DNA of 10,375 nucleotides, from contig JBDRLQ010000019.1 in the NCBI GenBank assembly GCA_043812915.1, positions 1-10,375 on the forward strand, read 5' to 3'. The DNA is from Candidatus Micrarchaeota archaeon. GTDB lineage: Archaea > Micrarchaeota > Micrarchaeia > Anstonellales > Bilamarchaeaceae. Below the pieces are notes generated by a model. The model searched no databases. It was given only the letters and a program-made list of their open reading frames with translations, and was not told where the DNA came from. The translations under genes and the position numbers were made by a program. Of the stretch, positions 6,947 through 10,375 are shown one piece after another (position 1 is the first letter of the stretch; each line of letters begins with the position of its first letter).

Positions 6947-7016
6947 TATTGTCCTTAAATTTATGCCTACACTTTGCGCAGGTGCGCACACCGATTTTTA
7001 TCGAAAAGGTGAAGTT

Positions 7017-7427
7017 ATGGTTACAGCGTTTGATGTAGATGCGAACAAGCTCATAGGGAAGGCTGCTGAGAAATTGCGCGGCATGAAGCTGCAGAAGCCC
7101 GAATTTGTCGGGAATGTCAAGAGCGGAGCTCACAACCAGAGACCCCCGGAACACGAGGATTTCTGGTATGTCCGGTGCGCCTCGATTCTGAGACAGGCGT
7201 ATGTGAACAACATTGTCGGGACCCAGAAGCTAAGAAGGCACTATGGCGGCAGGAAGTCGAGGGGCGTTCGGCCCGAAAGGCACGTCCCTGCAGGCGGCTC
7301 CACAATCAGGAAAGCGATGCAGGAGCTCGAGAAGGCAGGTTTGATGGTCAAGGAGAAGGCTGGCAGGCGCTTATCCGCAAAGGGAAGACAGTTCCTTGAT
7401 TCGGTCGCAAAGGAAGTTTCCGGCTGA
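7017..7427 (+). CDS. rps19e: 30S ribosomal protein S19e
   Basis: VKSGAHNQRPP, WYVRCASILR, YGGRK, GGSTIRKAMQELE and GRRLS motifs. SD AGGTGA at 7007-7012 sets the start at 7017, not 6906. Confidence 0.96.
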   Translation: MVTAFDVDANKLIGKAAEKLRGMKLQKPEFVGNVKSGAHNQRPPEHEDFWYVRCASILRQAYVNNIVGTQKLRRHYGGRKSRGVRPERHVPAGGSTIRKAMQELEKAGLMVKEKAGRRLSAKGRQFLDSVAKEVSG

Positions 7428-7433
7428 TGGAAA

Positions 7434-7739
7434 ATGGATGATGAAGAGGCCGGGCTGAGAAAGAGGAGGCAGGCCGAGTATGAGCAGATGGCCGAGGCAA
7501 AGAAGGCCCAGGAGCAGCTCAAGGGCGCGCTCCGGAATGCTCTTGAGGAAAGCGCGTACAACCGCATCATGAATATCGCGGTTGCCAACAAGGAACTTTA
7601 CCTTGTTGCGGCAAAACAGGTGCTCATGATTGTCAAGCGAGCGGGCAGAAAGCTCACTGAAGAGGAGCTTGTCACACTGCTGCGGGCGATACAGGAGCAG
7701 ACAAGCACGGAAACGAGCATTACATTTCACAAAAAATGA
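7434..7739 (+). CDS. PDCD5/TFAR19-family DNA-binding protein
   Basis: LRNALEESAYNRIMNIAVAN...LTEEELVTLL pattern and the conserved position after rps19e. Confidence 0.85.
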   Translation: MDDEEAGLRKRRQAEYEQMAEAKKAQEQLKGALRNALEESAYNRIMNIAVANKELYLVAAKQVLMIVKRAGRKLTEEELVTLLRAIQEQTSTETSITFHKK

Positions 7740-7759
7740 TTCCACCACGGTGATGTCAG

Positions 7760-7924
7760 ATGGGTAAGAAAGATTGTCACAGGAAGAAAAGGCTGGCAAC
7801 GGCTGGAAATAAGAACAGCAGAATCCCGGCTTTTGTCATGATTAGGACGAACAGGGAAGTCTCCAGGAACAAGTACAAGAGAGACTGGAGAACCGACAAG
7901 CTCAGCGCTAAGGAGAAGGAGTAG
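7760..7924 (+). CDS. rpl39e: 50S ribosomal protein L39e (not in the ORF track)
   Basis: Manual translation gives MGKKDCHRKKRLATAGNKNSRIPAFVMIRTNREVSRNKYKRDWRTDKLSAKEKE (54 aa). SD GGTGA at 7749-7753. Expected synteny. Confidence 0.93.
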   Translation: MGKKDCHRKKRLATAGNKNSRIPAFVMIRTNREVSRNKYKRDWRTDKLSAKEKE

Positions 7925-7932
7925 TGACATTT

Positions 7933-8367
7933 ATGGCAGATAAGCTAGAGAGGATATATACAGTTCCACTTGGTGGCGCCTACGACGTTGTCCGCAACAG
8001 GCGCGCGAGGAGGGCAGTCAAGCTGCTCAAGAGTTTCCTAGAGCAGCACATGAAGGCGGACGGCGCGGAAGTTTCCGTCAGCAACGCGCTCAACGCATAC
8101 ATCTGGAAGAGCGGCATTCAGAAGCCCCCCAGAAGAGTGAAGGTGCGCGCAATCAAGGAAAACAGCACGGTCAAGGCATACCTCCATGACGAAAAGATAG
8201 AGGAAAAGAAAAAGGAGGAGCCCAAGAAGGAGGCAAAGCCCGCGGAGAAGCCGGCAGAAAATGCGGTTGAAAAGAAGCCTGAATCCGAGAAGAAGGAAAA
8301 GGCATTGCCCCCTGAGGGTAAGAAGGCCGAGCCGAAAAAGGAAGAGCCTGCGGCTGGCAAGAAGTGA
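7933..8367 (+). CDS. rpl31e: 50S ribosomal protein L31e with K/E/P/A-rich C-terminal extension
   Basis: ERIYTVPL, RARRAVKLLK, HMKA and LNAYIWKSGIQKPPRRVKVRA motifs. ATG at 7933. Confidence 0.95.
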   Translation: MADKLERIYTVPLGGAYDVVRNRRARRAVKLLKSFLEQHMKADGAEVSVSNALNAYIWKSGIQKPPRRVKVRAIKENSTVKAYLHDEKIEEKKKEEPKKEAKPAEKPAENAVEKKPESEKKEKALPPEGKKAEPKKEEPAAGKK

Positions 8368-8375
8368 AAAACATC

Positions 8376-9041
8376 ATGACTGCCTTCTGCACATATTTCG
8401 GCAATCCCTGGATAGGGATGTTCATTAAAACGAATGACAGACTGAGCGTGCTGCCCGTTGACAGCACGGACAAACTGTTGCTGAAGGCAGAGGAGCACCT
8501 GAAGACGGAAATCGTGAAGATATCCGTCGCGGAAACGAACCTTCTCGGGCTATACACAGTCATGAATTCCAGTGGAATCGTGCTTCCGAACCTTGCAAGG
8601 GACGAGGAAGTAGCGAAGTTCAGGGGGCATGGGCTGAACGTTTATGTCTCGGAAGAAAAACAGAACGCTCACGGCAATAACATGGCGGTGAACGACAAGG
8701 GCGGGATAATCAACCCGAACATTTCACCCGAGGAGAGGAAGAAAATCGGTGATGCGCTTGGAATCGAGTTGGTTCCGATGACAATCGCCGATTTCACGAC
8801 ATTAGGAAGCGCGTGCCTAGCGACAAACAATGGGTTCCTTGCCCACTATGCGGCGAAGGAGGATGAACTGAAAGACATCGGCTCCGCGCTGCATGTCAAG
8901 GGAAGCAGGGGGACGGTGAACTGCGGAACCGGATTCGTTTCCCTGGGCGCTGTTGTGAACAAGAATGGGTATATCGCAGGTGAGAAGACAACTGCTCATG
9001 AGCTTGGTAGGCTTGAGGAAGCTCTTGACCTTATAAAATGA
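8376..9041 (+). CDS. eif6: Translation initiation factor 6 (aIF6)
   Basis: FGNPWIG, NSSGIVLP, GNNMAVNDKG, GTVNCG, GEKTT and ELGRLEEAL motifs. An alternative GTG start exists at 8364. Confidence 0.95.
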   Translation: MTAFCTYFGNPWIGMFIKTNDRLSVLPVDSTDKLLLKAEEHLKTEIVKISVAETNLLGLYTVMNSSGIVLPNLARDEEVAKFRGHGLNVYVSEEKQNAHGNNMAVNDKGGIINPNISPEERKKIGDALGIELVPMTIADFTTLGSACLATNNGFLAHYAAKEDELKDIGSALHVKGSRGTVNCGTGFVSLGAVVNKNGYIAGEKTTAHELGRLEEALDLIK

Positions 9042-9055
9042 ATGTGGTGGTTTCG

Positions 9056-9232
9056 ATGAATTTCTCAGTTTATGGAAAAATCAGGTTAGGAAAAGAGGAG
9101 AGGACATTCAGGAAGGACATAGAGGCTGTAACAGAGAATGCGGCAAAGGAGAAGACCTATGCGCTCTTCGGCTCACAGAACGGAGTGAAGAGGAATAAGA
9201 TTATAATCGATAAGGTGGAGAAGAGCTCCTGA
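9056..9232 (+). CDS. rplX: 50S ribosomal protein LX (eL20/L18ae family)
   Basis: FRKDIEA..ENAAKEKTYALFGSQNGVKRNKIII. SD GGTGG at 9046-9050 favours the ATG at 9056. Expected synteny. Confidence 0.9.
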   Translation: MNFSVYGKIRLGKEERTFRKDIEAVTENAAKEKTYALFGSQNGVKRNKIIIDKVEKSS

Positions 9233-9242
9233 GGTCATTCTT

Positions 9243-9698
9243 ATGAACGAAAACCCCATGGCCAATGAAGCGCAGACCAGGATGATGTACGAGGTCGCGC
9301 TCTACAGGGAGCAGCTCGGCATGCTGCAAAAGGAGATGGAAAGGGTCAGCCTCACTGCGGTGGACCTGAACAACGCGCTCAAGACCGTCGAGAACATTGA
9401 CGCAAAAGACGTGATGGTCCCGGTCGGCGGTGGAACCTTCATGAAAGCCAGCGTTAAGGATGTCAAGCTAGTCGTCCCCATAGGGGCGCAGTATCTGCGC
9501 GAAATGGGCCGGGATGAGGCTTTGGCTGAGCTTGCAAGAAGGAGGGAAGCCACCAAGAAAGCAATCGAAAGGCTTGAGGTCGAATTCAAGAAGATCGCCG
9601 GCAAGTTCCAGCAGGTTTCCGGCCAGCTCAAGGACCTTGAGGCAAGGGCCAAGATAAGCCAAAGGGTTGATGAGAACATCGGCGAAGACTACATCTGA
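9243..9698 (+). CDS. pfdA: Prefoldin alpha subunit
   Basis: Coiled coils flanking VMVPVGGGTFMKA and VVPIGAQY beta-hairpins. Lies between rplX and ftsY. Confidence 0.93.
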   Translation: MNENPMANEAQTRMMYEVALYREQLGMLQKEMERVSLTAVDLNNALKTVENIDAKDVMVPVGGGTFMKASVKDVKLVVPIGAQYLREMGRDEALAELARRREATKKAIERLEVEFKKIAGKFQQVSGQLKDLEARAKISQRVDENIGEDYI

Positions 9699-9710
9699 GG
9701 CTAGCTGAAA

Positions 9711-10375
9711 ATGTTCGGGCTTCTCAAAAAGAAGATTACTGGTTTTATAGACAAGTTCACCAAAAAGGAGGAGGAGAAAGGTGAACCAGAGAAGAAGCCC
9801 GAGCCAAAGGAGATTCCAGAAGTAAAGGAAGCGCCAGTTGTTGAAAAGAAGGAGCCAAAGTTTGAGAAAACGCCTGAGAAACCTCCGGAAAAAAAGGCTG
9901 AGCCAGACCAGAGAAAGGAAGTGAAGGCGCCTCCAAAGAAAGTTGAGACGCCGAAAGCTCCTGAAAAGAAAGGAGCCCCCAAAAAAGAGAAAGAGGCTAG
10001 GCCTAAACCTGTTGAAAAGCCAGTTGGGAAAAAGCCGGTCGTGGAAGAGAAACCGGCTTGGAAAAACGCCCCTGTTCCTGAAAAAAAGGTTGAGACACCA
10101 GCTGAAAAACCGGCAGAGGAACCTGCCCCAGTTGCTGAAAAACCGGCGCCGATTGAGAAGAAGGTTGAGCCCGCCCAGAGGTCCAAGGAAGAGCCTGTTC
10201 CAGAACCTGAAGAAGGGCCAGTTCCCGAGCCCCAGGAAATTCCCAAGGAAGTTGAGGAGCCTGAGCCGGTTGAAGAACCAGTAAAGGAGAAGAAAGAGGA
10301 AAAGCCCAAGGAAAGAATCAGGCTCAGCCCTTTTAGCATGATTAAGAGCTTCGTTACAAGCGAGGTTGAAATTTC
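9711..10375 (+). CDS. ftsY: Signal recognition particle receptor FtsY, N-terminal part (runs off the window; not in the ORF track)
   Basis: Open frame from the ATG at 9711: MFGLLKKKITGFIDKF (typical archaeal FtsY amphipathic start), about 185 aa of K/E/P low complexity, then RIRLSPFSMIKSFVTSEVEI. Follows pfdA as expected. The GTPase domain is not visible in the window. Confidence 0.8.
   Translation, partial: MFGLLKKKITGFIDKFTKKEEEKGEPEKKPEPKEIPEVKEAPVVEKKEPKFEKTPEKPPEKKAEPDQRKEVKAPPKKVETPKAPEKKGAPKKEKEARPKPVEKPVGKKPVVEEKPAWKNAPVPEKKVETPAEKPAEEPAPVAEKPAPIEKKVEPAQRSKEEPVPEPEEGPVPEPQEIPKEVEEPEPVEEPVKEKKEEKPKERIRLSPFSMIKSFVTSEVEI

Noticed and set aside
6906..7016. 37-aa N-terminal extension of S19e in the ORF track
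   Set aside because: It spans the promoter. The SD and the family N-terminus support the ATG at 7017.
9701..10339. 212-aa minus-strand ORF and 113-aa ORF 9943-10284
   Set aside because: Antisense and alternative-frame artefacts of the low-complexity FtsY region.

Overview
Archaeal genomic DNA. GGTGA/GAGGTGA Shine-Dalgarno sites, BRE/TATA promoters and S19e/L39e/L31e/aIF6/LX/fibrillarin establish the domain. A DPANN lineage such as Micrarchaeota is plausible but is only an inference. Left to right: (1) a 1087-aa membrane-anchored surface protein on the minus strand, with a clan-CD (caspase/legumain-like) peptidase domain and six CGDG cysteine-rich repeats; (2) tRNA-Glu(UUC) on the minus strand with a 41-nt intron at the non-canonical D-loop position 15/16, starting 3 nt after the tmk stop; (3) tmk, divergent from a pyrB-pyrI-DUF296 operon; (4) a ~140-nt, almost fully base-paired intergenic element between two convergent genes, a candidate ncRNA; (5) fibrillarin on the minus strand; (6) the conserved rps19e-PDCD5-rpl39e-rpl31e-aIF6-rplX-pfdA-ftsY operon, running off the right edge. 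The best leads are the 15/16 tRNA intron, the structured intergenic RNA and the caspase-like Cys-rich surface protein.
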